64,000 nt of DNA from Vitrella brassicaformis CCMP3155 (GCA_001179505.1 CDMY01000443.1:11783-75782), one strand, 5' to 3'; positions 11,100-25,100 are shown, counted from the first letter of the stretch. Made by a program: numbers and translations. The notes: generated by a model not told the origin, from the sequence alone.

Positions 11100-12980
11100 T
11101 CAAAAGCCGCTCACGCACCTCATCCAGCAGTCCTGTGTGGCCCCCCTCACCCTCCACAGCCCCTCCTCCCCGTCCCACTCCCACAGGGTGAGACCATTGA
11201 CGTCGTCATGGTACCACCCCTCCTCGTGGGAGGGGACGGGAGGCGGACCCCTCACCGCCACCGACCCCCAGGCCGTGAACTCCATGGGCAGCACCGCCGC
11301 CTTGGGCTGGACCGGGGGCAGGTGGTAGTAGAGGGGCTGCGGCTGGGCCAGGGGGAGGTGGTAGGCGACGGGCTGGGGCGGCGAGTAGGCGGCGGGAGTG
11401 TGAGGGCCAGCAGGGCGGGCCGTGGTGCCGGTGCCGGTGCTGGTGTTGCCCTGCTTCATGGCCCTCGACTCCGCGGCCTCGGCTGTCTTCTTTTTGGCTT
11501 TGCGCTGTACCAGACAGAAAGCAACGCAGCACAGAAACAAAGCGTACAGTGTTGCCACCTATGAGGTTTCCATTGTAGAAGCTCTCGCATGTGTCACTTA
11601 CGTCGGCGCATCGCTTGCGCCTCCAGCAGGATGCCGGGGCCGCCGCTCGCATGCACCCACAGATTGAACTCCTGCAACAGGACATTATCAGATGCATCCG
11701 ACAGAAGACTCCATATTGCAGCGCGCCTGCCTACCTCGGGGTTCTCCTTCTCGAGCTTCATGGCCATACTGCCGAACACTCGAGGCTCCTCCCCTTCCCT
11801 CACCAATGGCCAGTGCGACGGCCACCCCCCGGCAGCGGCAGCAGCACCAACAGCCTCAGGCATCCTATCTCTCTCTGTCTATCTGTCTATCTGTCCGTCT
11901 GTCTGTTTGTCTTCTTGTCTGTCTTAGTTGACTTAGCTTTTGGCAGCTTACCTCGGGGGTCTCCTCGCTCAACTTCTTGACAGGAGCTCTTCCGAAGACC
12001 AGCGGGTCCTCTCCGTCCCTCCTGAGAGGCCAGGCAGCACCGACACATCTAGCAGCAACAGCAGCAGCGACTTCGGGCATTCTCTCTCTCTCTGTGTGTG
12101 TGTGTGTGTGTGTCTGTCTATGTGTCTATCTGTCTACGTGTCTATCTGTCCATCTGTCTGTTTCTCTGTCTATCGATGAGATCCTTCTTTTTTGATATCA
12201 TATCACTTACGTCAGCGAGCCGCACTGCGCCATGCAACAGGATGTCCCCGCCTCCACACTCGCCTGCAGAAGAGCATCCAGGCACATGCTCTTGAAGTTG
12301 ACACACAGCATGACTTCTGCCCATGGGGAAAACTGTTTTTGATTGGGTGACTCTGCTTCAGAGGAGCGGACAAGGAATACCAGAGCAGAAATCTGAAACT
12401 TGACACTCACATTGGTTTCTCTGAACCTGGTGGGAGTCGTCGAGAAAGAGAGACGGCCTGTAAAAAAATCAGCATTCCGCCTGCAGACAAAGAGAGCCAG
12501 AGCAGCACGTGTACGACAACGAAACGGGTCAGACATTCATCGTGACATGCCATCCGTACATCGCACCATCACTACAGTCAAGAGGCACGACGCACTAGGC
12601 CACACACCCCACCGAAATGGTTATCAGCTTCTTCGTCGCTGCTGGACAGCAGGTCCTCCTCGTCTTTGCTACAACACCGGCACATGCAGCAGACACACGC
12701 ATTATCACACCGCACCACCGCACCACCACACACTTGTACTGACCTGCTGGAGCCTCAGGTTTTCTCGAGAGAAACTTTGAGAAAGAAGGAAGGTGCCGTC
12801 ACGCTCAGCCGCCACCGGGCAGGCGTCAGGCGCTCCGCAGAAGCCACTGCGCTGGTCTCCTTGTTGGGAAGGCAGGTGGACGAAAAAAGTGGCGGCCGAC
12901 GTCGCGCAAGAGAACAGGCGTTGGGATGGGATGGGGCAGGCAACATCCGACGAAGACCAGGTAAAAACACAAGGATACGG
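11100..12980 (-). CDS. Hypothetical multi-exon protein with duplicated exons and a Pro/Tyr-rich segment
   Basis: Several GT-AG-bounded exons: SKDEEDLLSSSDEEADNHF; WPLRRDGEDPLVFGRAPVKKLSEETPE; WPLVREGEEPRVFGSMAMKLEKENPE; RKAKKKTAEAAESRAMKQ...YHLPLAQPQPLYYHLPP. Start and frame joins are unresolved. Confidence 0.4.
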
Positions 12981-13231
12981 AGGAGATGTGGCCGGAGGAA
13001 GGCAGCAGAGCAGTGGAAAGCGTGAAATGCCTGGAAATTGTGTTGAACGGTCTTTTTTCTCGTCTCCCGTCTCGGGGGCGAGATTTTTTCGCGCGAGCTT
13101 TTTCTGCGAGCTTAGAAATTGGTTGACTTTCTTTTGTGTTCCGAACATTACCCGATTACCCACCGGCAAATTCATCGTTCCCTAATGATTTGCAAAGCGG
13201 CTCCTTCATCATCACTGAAGAGAGATCTGTG

Positions 13232-14390
13232 ATGGAAGGGTCAGAGGCGCAGCCGCTGACTCATCCAGTAGGGGACCGCCCGAGCCGGCGCTCGTGTCTG
13301 CTCTCGCGTGATGCCGTCCCTGCCATCGGCATATGCATCCTCATCATCGGATCTATCGCCACGGTAATTGATCAGACAACTTTTTTTTTCGCTGTCGCGC
13401 TTGGTTGGTGCATTTTCTGTGACGTCTGCGTGTGTGCCAGGTGTGGTCTGTCGGCAAGAAGAACATCGTCAATGAGGTCAAACACGGACAAACACACACG
13501 AAGAGCAATATTGAGAGCACGGTCGGAGCATCTGTGGGCATGCTGCTGTTGCTGTGTCAGGCCAAAGTGTGGTTCGGGGGTGAGGATTGGCAGGAGCATC
13601 CACTCAAAAACGGCACGCTGGCCACATGCATATTCACGCTGGGCGTCGTCCTATGCATACCGGTCGGCTACCGCTGCAAACGGAAGAATGGGAAGAAATC
13701 AGTGCAGAGGTATTTCTTTTCCGCAGGTTTCACTGATGGAGCTAGCCTATGGCGCGTTTTTCCGATGGTAAGCACTCGATCCAAGCGTTCGCGACAGCCA
13801 GCTGTGTGTGTGTGTGTGTGGCAGGTGGGCGCTGGTCATCTGTCTGATTGGCAAGACCGTCGGCAGCATGATATCTTTCGGCATTGGGAAGGTGGCGTGC
13901 AAAGGAGCTTTCGAATCGCTCATGCAGAAGTGAGCCGAACCGAACACAAAACGTCCTTACAAAACGTCCTTCCATCCCTCCTCTTTGTGGGCGGCCTCGT
14001 TGTCCAGCAATCGCCACTTTCAGTTTGTGGCATCCCTTGTGCGTGGCGAGGAGCTCTGCAATTTACTGCTCATACGGGCGACCTACGTGCCGATATGGAT
14101 CAAAAACTACGGTGAGTACAGTCACAGACACGGGCATAAACTCCTGTGATTGCTGTCACCCGTCTGTCTGTGGGTCCGTCCCATGCATGGTTCAGGCATG
14201 GCGATGTTAGAGGTGAGTTGGTGGAACTTCTTCATCGCCGTCATGATATGCGGCCCGCCTTACACACTCCTCTCTGTCTCCGTCGGGGCCACCGCAAGGG
14301 ACTTCGTCGACGCAATCAACACCAGCAGCACACGTGAGCTCACTCACACCACAACACACAACACGCCATTGGTCCTCTGAATCAACTCTC

Positions 14391-14421
<31 letters not shown>

Positions 14422-14659
14422 AGACCCTCTGCGTCTCGCGGGTCTCTTCTTGTCGCTGGTCTTTACCATTCTGCTGGCGTATTTCTTCCACAAGCAGTAC
14501 AAGCGGATGATCATGTCCCGCGCCAGCCACGCCGCACGCAACGACGGCCAGAGTCTCGAGGAGGGGCCGGCACCCGAACAGCATGACATCGGCGAAAATG
14601 GAGCTAGGGAGCCGAGCTTCACGACAACGGAGCCCGCCAGGCAGCCCCACGTCTACTGA
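13232..14659 (+). CDS. TVP38: TVP38/TMEM64-family (VTT/SNARE-associated Golgi) membrane protein
   Basis: Spliced exons give GWALVICLIGKTVGSMISFGIGK / FVASLVRGEELCNLLLIRATYVPIWIKNYG / MAMLEVSWWNFFIAVMICGPPYTLLSVSVGATARDFVDAIN / DPLRLAGLFLSLVFTILLAYFF, the VTT-domain pattern. Confidence 0.8.
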
Positions 14660-15178
14660 AGACGTTGGAGTGTACGAAGACTCGTATACACATGCGCACT
14701 GTGTATTCGCTACTCTTGTCTGATCGGCTGCACCGGAGTTTTTCGCCTTTTGCACGCGCGTTGACTTGACACACCTGCCATCCGTCCTGCATGCCTTAAG
14801 CGCTTGAGGTTTTGTCACGGCTAATGAGGTGGTGAAGTCAGAAGAGGCCAGGACCGGGGCAGGGGCAGGTGAGTGACGCATGCATGTGCTCCGTGCAGAC
14901 CTACCTGTGTGTGTGTGTTGGGGTGTGTGTGTGTGTGTGTGACTTTTGTCGGTTTTGTCTTTATCTGTAGACTACCGTATGTTCAATTCAATGAGATCAT
15001 GTTGCACATCCATCCATCCATCCATTCACCCATCCATCGACTACCTCGGCCGCGCCACCACCCTCACCCTCACCCTCACTCGTCCTCGCTCGCCCATGCA
15101 CACACAGGCACACACACATCGCTGCTACCTATCTGTGGGCGTCCCGCTGTCCATCCATCCATCTGTCTAGCTGGCAGA

Positions 15179-17771
15179 CTACGCGGCCTTGCCTTGGGCC
15201 TCTGCCGGCGGCGATGTCTGCGCCGGCTCGGCCACCGACGATGCACCTGATGTGCCGATCTCGATGCGACGCTTCTTAACTTGCAAGGGCCCTTCGCCGA
15301 TCTCCCTGGAACGACACAAAAAGCGGCAATACACAGCGAGCAGACGAGCGTTGTTGATGAGGTTTGTGTCTCTGTCTGGCATCTCACTTGGCCTGTGCTA
15401 CGATGACGGTCTCTTTGGTGTGGTCCAGCTGGGGGGCGCCGAACGAAGCATCCATCTGAGAAACAGACACGGGGAAATGGGACTGCTCGCCTGCCTATCC
15501 ACCTCTCTCCCTCACCCGTGCGAGTGCGTTGCCGAGTTTGCTGGCCTCTGTGATGACTTTGGCGCGCACCTCAGCCGTCATGACGTCACCCGAGCCCTCC
15601 TCCTCGCCCAAAGACTCCTCAGCCTTGGCGCCCGCCTGCACTCAGCAAATGGATGGATGAGACACGATGGATGGGAGGAATGGATGCGCTGCTTACTTGG
15701 ATGAGGGCACGGTAGCGCTCCAGCTGCATGAATGGTGCATTCATGGCCGAGGTTAAGAGGGCACGTACACGGGGGCGCTTTGCGGGTGTGTGGTTGTGTG
15801 CACTCACTGACCTTGGTGTCTATCTCCTCTAGGTTCTCCTTGCGCGCAGCCTGCTCCTCAGCTGCACACCACACCAACACCAAGACACACATTAGACAGA
15901 GAAGGCATGGGACGGCAGGCCTGTCTGTCTGTCTGTCTGTCTGTATTACCGTCTAGTGTGACGCCATCGACATTGCTGAGGGCCTTCTCTATGTGCTCCT
16001 TCGCCAACTGACATCAAACCGCACACAGAGAACATACGTGGTGCAACAAGTCGCGTGTTTTTTGTGGGATGCATGACCTCGAACGCTTTGATGACGTTTG
16101 CGTTGTCCTTCAGGTGCTCGTAGGCGTGGGCAGCCTCCATGCAACTGTACAAAAAACATCCACACAACACAACACACACACTCACAGATGTGTCTTCTCT
16201 CTCTGTCCTTGTCTGTGGGGGTATCTCTTACTTGTTGATGAGTTCGTGGTACGACAGTTTGTGCTCCAGGGCGGTCTTCATGCCGGCGTCGTACTCCTGC
16301 ACACGCCACGCACACCACAACCATACACACCCGTTCCAGACATGTGTGTGTGTATGCGTACCTGCACCGCCTGCTCAAAACGCTTTTGGATGGTCAGAAG
16401 GTCGCCCAGCCTGACAGACAGACAGACAGACAGACAGACTGGGGCGCATGTCGGCATGCATGCCGTTCATGGGAGGTCTTTGTGCCCTCGACTGACTGTC
16501 TGTGTACACGCAGTACCGACCGTGTTTTGGCGAAGAGGATGGCTTTGACGTCGCCCATGTCCACCTGCTCGCCCTCCTTCTGCTGCCTGCAGAATAAGAA
16601 ATGTACACATGGATGAGTCCAAGCCAGCGAACGACCCCGTGAGCGCCTGCGCACTTGTCTATCTTGTCACGGTAGCACTTCCACCCCAACTCCAACGTGT
16701 CCCACGCCAACTGCATGACATACATACATACACACACAAAACATGTGAACGTGCGTGCACGGGTGAGCGCATCTACGTAAATTCCTCCACGTACCGCCAT
16801 GTCCTCCTCTGTATCGCCCTGCATCTCTTCGTCACCATCGTCACCATTCTCGCCGCTACCCTCACCCCCCTTGGCCCCCTCTTCATCCCCAGCCTTGACT
16901 ACCTCCTCCCCTGCCCCCTTCTCCTTCTCCTTGGTCTCGCCGCCCGTCACCTCAGGGTCCTTGGTCTTGTTCTGCTCGGCCCCGCCATTGCCGTTGGTGG
17001 CGGTGGCAGTCTCGGGTTTCTTGTCCTCCTTCTCCCTCTCATTATTGTCCTTCATGTCCTCATCCTCGTCATCTTCCTGGTCGTCGCCATCCCCGCCGCC
17101 GCCACACATGACGTCGATGAGGGGCTGCATGGTGTTGCGCATCAGATCCGCCTCCGAGTTCTCCAACAGGAAGTCGCTGACACACACACATACAAACGAT
17201 AAGATGGTGTGGGGCGGTGGATCTCTGTGTCTGTGTGTGTTGTGTGTACCCGTAGTTGAGGTAGTAGGATGCGAGGTCGGGGTGGAGGCCGTTGGCGTCC
17301 TTGTGCTCCTCAGTCCTGCAGGCCATCAACACACAGATCAAGGAAAGCCGTGCAGCTAAGCCGTGCTTGCCGACCTGCGCGTGTCTGTGTGTGTACTTGA
17401 TGGCGAGTGCCTTGGACAGGAACGCTGTGGCCTTCTGAATGTTGTCCGCCCGCAGCTCCATGGCCTTCTCCGTCAACAACTTGGCTACCACATCCGGACC
17501 TGACATCCATCATTTGGCCATCACAGCCCAGCAGCACAGATCTCCGTCAGATCCCCCCACTCCCTGGCTGCCTCTTACCTTTCTCCTTGACCATATCGTC
17601 ATACATGGCTATCTCTGCGGCCTGCTCGTCCTCTTCGTCCTCCTCCTCCTCGCCCTCCTCCTGACCGCCCTCGCCCTCCTTTGCTATCTCCATTTTCGCA
17701 TCCTCCGCCGCCTCCTGGGCCTGCTGCGCAGCCGTACCCGCGTCCTTCTCACCAGCAGAAGGCTCACTCAT
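15179..17771 (-). CDS. NASP: NASP/Sim3/Hif1-family histone H3-H4 chaperone (SHNi-TPR)
   Basis: TPR helices (KATAFLSKALAIK; LASYYLNYGDFLLE) are interrupted by a long D/E-rich insert, followed by the family signature LAWDTLELGWKCY, then LGDLLTIQKRFEQAVQEY and a C-terminal NLS-like VKKRRIE. Confidence 0.85.
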
Positions 17772-17876
17772 GGCGGCAGCAAAAGTGATCTCCAATTGGA
17801 CCAGTGTCTACGCTTGTAAACTGAAGTAAAACTGAAGATTCGTTGACCGCGAACTTGATGGAGGATGGAGGCTAGG

Positions 17877-20800
17877 ATGGAGGGGAAGGGGGAGAGTAGG
17901 ACGGAGAATGTCCGAGTATGGTAAGCGACTGCACAGAACCTTGACAGAGCCTGTGCCTCCAAGGCCGACATTGTTGCTTTCTCATGTAGTGCGAGGATTC
18001 GCCCGGTGCGTCCAGGTAAGGAGAGCAGCGACAAGTGTGTCGAGATCCCTGACCACCAGTCCCCAGCTGGTGATCAGGCTGCTGGGGCCGCAGCGGCAGC
18101 AGCTTCTTCCAGCAGCGCGGCTGCAGTAGCCAAGAGGGATGGCGATGCACGGCAGCTGCTGTTCAAAGACCCCAGGCACCGTGGGCAGGCAAAACTGTAC
18201 ACGTAAGATCATCAAGATGCTCTATTCTACCCCACGAAGGCGTGTGTGTATGTGTCTAGGTTGGACGCTGTGTATGGTGAGGATGTGTCTACGAGAGCCA
18301 TCTTCGAGAAGGAGTTCCAGCCGTGCATCGCCGACCTCTTCCAGGGCATCTCCACCACCATCTTCGCACACGGGGCGTCGGGCTCCGGCAAGACCCACAC
18401 CATGCACGGCACAGTCGATGGGCAGCCTGGTGTGGCGCAGATGTGTGTGGAGGAGTTGCTGAGCGTGAGGGAGAGGGAGGGGGCGAGCGTGCGGCTGCTC
18501 TTGTCGTTCTTTGAAATCTACAAAGAGAAGATACAGGACCTCATGCAGGTAGGTATCTGAGGAGCTGGGGAATGTGTGTGTCGTGTGTGTCCATGGAATG
18601 GTGCGCTGTTGTTTGCATGTGTTCATGGCATATGCAGGAGGGTGAGACGGCGTTGAGCATGCTGCAGGGAGGGGATGGGCGCGTTGTTATCAAGGGCCTC
18701 ACCGAGAGCCCCTTCGATGACATCCACTCCTTCGACACAGCATACAGAAGGTACTACACCACATTGAAAGTCCTCGTCTGCTTGAGTGTGTGTCTGTCGG
18801 TGTCCGCAGGGCGTTGGGCAGGCGCATAGTCGGCAAAACTAGCCTCAATGAGGGTGCAGAGATGGCGAAATACCGGCCATGGATCGTTCCCTTCCCTCTT
18901 GTGTGGTGCATGCAGGTTCGAGTCGCAGCCATGCGTGTGTGCAGGTGAAGGTTGAGCGGCTCGACAGACAGCAGCAGATGAAGCGCGGACCCAAAGGTGC
19001 CTTACACCGAATGCACGTACCCACACAAAACGATGTATGGGTCTGTCTGGGGATGCGACGTGGACATGCAGGTGCGTCGCTGATGACGTCTCACGACTTC
19101 AGCGCCCCTTTGACGGGAAAGCTGAGTCTCGTTGACCTGTCCGGCTCAGAGGACAACCGACAGACAGATAACACAGGTATGTGGGTGAGCAAAAGGCAGC
19201 TGCAGGGAGACCCACACTGCGACCGAATACCCATCAGGCGAGCGCATGGTGGAGTCTAACTTCATCAACACGTCGCTGTTCGCTCTCGGTGAGTGAACAC
19301 ACACACATACACACGGACACACAAAGAGAATATGGCCGACGCGTGTGTGCCATGTGTGTCTGATGGTGCAGGCAAAGTGATCGATGCGTTGAAGAAGGGT
19401 CTGCGTCGCGTGCCCTACCGCGAGTCCAAGCTTACCCGACTCCTCGAGGACTGCCTGGGCGGCCGCAACCACGCCACCATGATCTGCACGGTATGTAGCC
19501 ATCACGAATCACACATCGCTCAGTGGACGTATAGTTGCCTGGCCTCTATGTGTGTGCGTGTCTCCGTGCAGCTGAGCCCGTCCATCACGCACCACCAGGC
19601 CACATACAACACACTCAAACTCTCCACCGAATGCATGTATGTCTACCCCACACTCACGCATCACACGCTTCTCCACACTTATTTTTTCATGTGGCATTTC
19701 TCAGGTCGGTTCAGAACACGGTGGTCAGCGAGCCATCCGAAGCCGTCCCGGCCCAGCCCCCCGTCGATCGCAGGAAGCGCCCCCAGCTGGACAACAACCC
19801 TCCCCCGCAGGTCGACAAGAAGAAGCCTTCCAAGAAGCGCGCCCCGCAGCCGTCCATGGCACCCGCCGCCCCACCCACACCGCCCAAACGCCAGCGGCTC
19901 GACCCACAGCAGCAGCAGCAGCAACAACAGCAAGAGCAGCAGAAACAGAAGAGGAGGGAGCAGAAGCAGCGAGAACGGCGCATGTCTCGGATACCCATGC
20001 CATCCATGTCTCGCCGGGCATCGCGTCATGTCGAGAGGGGCTTCGTGGCGCCTGGGGGTTTTGGCTGTGGAGCGGGGCGTGCTGGGGATGTTGGGGAGTT
20101 GGAGGCTGCAGAGGCTGATGAGGGTGCGGCTGGGTAAGAGCAGGAAGAGAGTGTGCTGTGTGTGCATTTCTCGGTTGGTTTCTCGTGTGGGTATGCCACC
20201 AGTTGGAATGTAGACCAGGGCAATCGCAACGAGGAGGGCGGTGCTGTGGCGGCTGCTGCTGCAGCTGGTCCAGCCACGGCGATCCGTCTGGTGCGTGAAG
20301 ATGAGCCCATGCAGCCGTCACCACCCAACCGTCCCCCACTGGACGAGGACGCAGAGGTATGCACACACCCAAGAATCATGGCTGCCACGGTATAATGCGG
20401 CGTCTGGCCATCCGTCCATCAGGACTGTGTAGCTGAGGCGATGGAGGCCGAGAAGCGCGGCGACCTGCAGGCTGCCGTCAAACACCTCAAACAAGGTAGG
20501 TCAGGCTGACCAATCGAAAGATAGATACGATCCAAATGGGTGTGGTGTGGGTGTGTTGCAGCCCTTCAGATCGGCGGGCCGAGGCTGGCGAAGAAGCGCT
20601 TGACCATCCGTCGTCACATCGCCAAGCTGGGGGCCAACCACACACAGGATGGAGACGAACCTCAACAACGGGAAGAAGGACGACACCCACACGCCGCGGC
20701 ACCTGCCGCCGCTGCTGCTGCTGCTGCTGCTGCTGCCGCGCCCCGCTGTCCGCCCCCTGTCGATGCTCCTGAAGACATCGCAGGCCTGCCAGCCCCCATG

Positions 20801-21846
20801 GACATCGATATTGACCGACCCGCCATGATGCCCAGGCAGCCCCGGAAGAAGCGGCTGCAGCAGCTCGGCGAACCCATCATGCCCTCCCGCATCCCCAGGA
20901 GACGCAAGACGCCCAAGCCCGTCCCGCAGCCTCGCGACCCCTCACCGCCACCAGCAGCACCAGAGGATGAAGGCGAGGAGGACCCTCCGACGGTCATTCG
21001 GCTGTCACGGGGACCCAACATGAGCATGGAGCGGATGAAGAAGCGAATGGACAACAACCGGCGGCAGCAGCAGATGAGGGGACGGGTGGGTGTGGATGCG
21101 GAAGAGGGTGACGCAGAGGAGTCCAGGAGGGTTCTCAAGCTGTCGGGCAAGGGCAAGCGGCGGGTCGTGAGGAAGAAGTACCCTCGGGGGGCGGCCGCCG
21201 CGATTGCTGACCACCAGCAGCAGGATTATCGTGTTGATGGGGGCAGGGCAGGCGAGAAGGGGGAGCGGGAGGACGGGGGTGAGGGCGGTGGTGATAGGGA
21301 GCCGTCAGAGTGCAGCAGCGTCGTGGCCATGGACCTAGACAATGCCGCTAGGGTATGCATGCGCACTTTTACCCACCGAACCACCCAGGCGCAGGTGTTG
21401 ATGTGTGCAGGCCAGGTTGGAGTCCAGGTTGCTGGAGATGATCAACACAGCATCTCACAAGGAACTCAAGTCAGATGGAGACACACTTAGACGGCGACAT
21501 GATAGCCGCGTGTGTGTGTGTGTTTGTGTGTGTGGATACAGGTCGTTGAAGCGCGTTGGTGACAAGGCTGCCGACGCCATTATAGCATACCGGTCATGCA
21601 ACAACCCACTCAAATCGGTACATGCCTATGTGGGCAAAGAGAGATCTACAACTTCCATGACCAGAAAATGGAATATTATGCATGTTGTCGGCTGTGTGTG
21701 GTTGGGCGGGCACGGTGCAGCTGGATGAGTTGCCATTGATCGGCATCAATCGGTTCAACTGCAACAAGTTCATAGCTGACAATCTCAAGGACATGGCCAG
21801 CAAAGGCATGCACCACCATGCCTCTGGCACTGGCGGTGTGGACTGA
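17877..21846 (+). CDS. KIF22: Kinesin-10 / KIF22 (Kid)-type chromokinesin with C-terminal helix-hairpin-helix DNA-binding domain
   Basis: ENVRVCARIRP; P-loop [13 protein letters not shown]; SSRSHA; [38 protein letters not shown]; [18 protein letters not shown]; C-terminal [31 protein letters not shown] (HhH). Confidence 0.9.
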
Positions 21847-22122
21847 TACAAATGGATGAATGGAGGAAGGGATCGATGGATAGACACCAATATACATACG
21901 TTCGTTGCGTGTATGGGACATCCCTGAGACAATTTCTCTGTGCGGGGGGAGACACATGGGTTCGCACGTAACACTGAATCGTCCGTCGGTCGTCATTGTC
22001 ACTTCATTGGGCAAATCACACACCAACAAGCATGTGTACTCACCCCCCTTCCTCCTCACCCACCCACCACATTGACAGAGAGGCCGTCTCTGCCTGTCTG
22101 TCTGTCTGTCTCTATCGTGTGG

Positions 22123-25100
22123 TCATCCAGCCCCTCGACGGCAGTGGTGGCATATCATCCCCCACGTCGCTCCCTTCGCCCATCCCCACACCCACAGCCT
22201 TGAGCATCAGCTGCTGGGTCGCCGCAGCTCGGTTGGGCGTGTCAAGTATGGGTGTCCGCCTCTCCCTGTGGATCTTGCCCACCACCTGTGTCGACCAGTC
22301 TTTGCTTTTCCTCTCCTTCCTCTGCTCCCTAGTTGACGCCAGATAGCTCGCTGATTCATCGTGCTGCCGTGGCTGGCGGCGAATGATGTGTGCGAGGGTC
22401 TCGGGGTGCTGTCTGCGCTTTATGGCCAGGTGGAGGCATGCCCGTGGGGTGGTGTGGGTGCTGGCCTGGATGTCGTGGATCAGACGCTCGGCACGCTCAC
22501 GCTCAGCCAGATTGAAACGGGCCTAAATTGAAGGAGAGAGAGAGACACAAAATACCCACAGATACTCATCCTCTGTGCTCTTTTTCCCGACCGTTTGCGC
22601 AAGGAACTGTCTCCTTTCGGCTCGCCTTTCCGCTGCCGACTTGTGCGGTGTGCCAGCATCTTGCTGCTGTGGTTTGGCAGAGAGGTTGAATATGTCGGCC
22701 CTGGTGTCTGCCTCGAGGATGATGCAGTTGTGTGGGGGCGGCGGGTGGATGAACAGCGTCTGATGCGGCAGCGCGGACCGGCGACGCGCGTCCCGTATCT
22801 TCAAACATCACAACCAACACAAACAAGAGACAGGAAATGCGAGCTGACCTGGTGTGCATTCTGTGCATACTTACCACAGCCCTTCTGGACTGCAGAACGG
22901 GCGGGTGTTTCAGCAGCTCCTCCCAGTCGGTGTGGGCCACGCTCGCAGCCCTGCTCTCACGATGGGCCGATGAGGACTTCTCCTCCTCCTCCTCCGCCTC
23001 CGCACCGAAGCGCAGCTGCCTCGCCTGCCCAGCCGTGGGAGGCACCGACTCTTCCTTCTCTTTGTCGGATGGTTCCTGCTCTTGCTGTGGCAGTGCTGTG
23101 CCGGGGGGTGGCGGTGAGGGGACAGATGGGGACGATCGGGTGGCAGGGGACGACGCATAAGATGGCGGAGCACCTGGGAGGGAGGCGCATGCATGCTTTC
23201 GTGGGTCTTTTGTCATGGGCTGCTTCCTTACCGATTCTGAGTGAAAACTCTGTGGATGCCATCGAGACGCTCTCCGTGTCGGCCCAGTCTATCATCATTC
23301 GGTCCCACGGAGCAGACTCCAAAAAGTCCCGCTTGCTCGTCCTTGATGTCGCCCTCGAGGCCACCCGGGGCATCTTGACGTGCAGCCGACTGCTCGACGA
23401 CAAAGCCAACGCGCGGAGGTGCGAGCGGTCTGGGCGGTGGCCGCCCTTCTCAGAGACTGGATGCGCGCGGCCCTCATAATGGACGCTCCGACGCTTCGGG
23501 GGCTGTAGAATGGTAGGGATGGAGAAAGAGATATACATGGATTGCCAAGAAGGATGTTCTGTCCGATTGATGGGTACCGGTTTGTCGGTCTCCTCTTCTC
23601 CCACGAGCAGCCGTGCCTCCCTGAATAGCGCCGACTGTCTTTCAGCGCTCTCGTCCAGCGGGTCGAAGTCCTCCAGCGCACTCTCACTCAGCAGCTCGGC
23701 CAGCCTCCCCGCATCCCCCCGGCCGCGCTTGCCCAGCAACTCCTCCTCGATGTCCTCAGCCAGTGGCAGCATCCTCACAGGCTCACCGATGCCATTGCCC
23801 CCGCCCTCATCGTCAATGTCCATTCGGTCAACCTGCACCATGGCTTTGCCGTATCTGACTTCTGCAATGTCTTCTGGGTCCTCTGTGGCCTGGCTGCTGC
23901 CGGGGCCACCCTGGTCCCCTGATGACGTGTGGTGGGAGTTGGATGAACGCCGGTTGGGGGTCGGCCGCGATGAGACATCCCCGGCACTGCGAGACACACC
24001 GCGGGTGAGTGCCTTGTTGCGGCCTATGCGTGGGAGGTAGTCAACACAACACAGAGGGAATAACGCGTTTGTGGTGAGCAGGGCCTGCCTCATCCGACGT
24101 ACCTTGTGGTGAGTTGATGCGCGACCGGCTGCGTGCCATTGAATGCCTGCTCGCCGGCATCGCACTGGGAGGCACCGGGGAGTTGCCGCTCCCTGCAGGC
24201 ATGTTGGCCAGCTGCATCAGGTGCAGCTGGCTTTCCAACATGCCGATGACGCTGTTCTGCCGGACGGCCATGGGCGTCCCCTCACTCGACGGCCGCTGCT
24301 GCTGTGGCATGTCCCTCGAGGGCGGGATGGGGCTCACGGAGGGAGGAGGTGGGGTGGATGGCCGTCTTAAGGCGGGGCTTGTGTCGAACTCCTCGTCCAG
24401 GAGGGCCTGCTGCAGCAGAAGCTCGTCTGCCTCGACGCCACGCAGCGTGGAGAAGGCGCCCGGTGCCATTTTGAGGCGTCGGAGGTTGTAGCGGCACTTC
24501 TCGATGATGCTCTCGGTGGCCATTTCGCGAAATGACGGACCGTCCAGGGCGTTCACCACCCTGAGTGACCGGATACCCAGTGAGGTACGAGAAGGGTGTG
24601 TCTCTGGCGACGGATCGGTCAAGTTGCCGTCTCACTTTTTGTTGAATCCAAATACGAGGTGAGCCATGCGGTCGGCCTTGTCCGAGAGCACACGGATGTG
24701 CTGCAGCGTCTTGAGCGCCTCATCCTGGTGCGATGGCCGGTTGCAGTCGAGAGCTTCACTGACAATACATACAGCAAAGATGGCACATGACGTCCATCCA
24801 TTTAAGATGTACACACACATTCTCTCCTCATTCCACCCTACCGCAGCAGCTGCTGCACGAACCCGGCCTCCACCAGCTTCTCTGTGAGCGACCTCGACCG
24901 CGCCGCTAGAAGCCCCAGCAGCAGCCCACGCATCAGATGAGAGACGTCCTCAATGCGGGTTTTTGCCTTGCTGAGCATCAACGGCTGCTTGTCCTTCGCC
25001 TGCAGCTGGTCCCTCGTCACCTTCTGATCCGTAGCAGTGCCAAGCCGCCTCAACAGGCGGTTGCCTCCGGCCTCCTCGCTTTGTCTTCTCTCCCCCACAC

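Noticed and set aside
11507-11558. MATLYALFLCCVAFCLVQ as a signal peptide or TM helix
   Set aside because: It is T-rich and ends in ggtacag, and is most likely the 3' part of an intron starting at about 11601.
15189-15704. Plus-strand 171-aa ORF
   Set aside because: It is antisense to the NASP 3' exons, which splice coherently on the minus strand.
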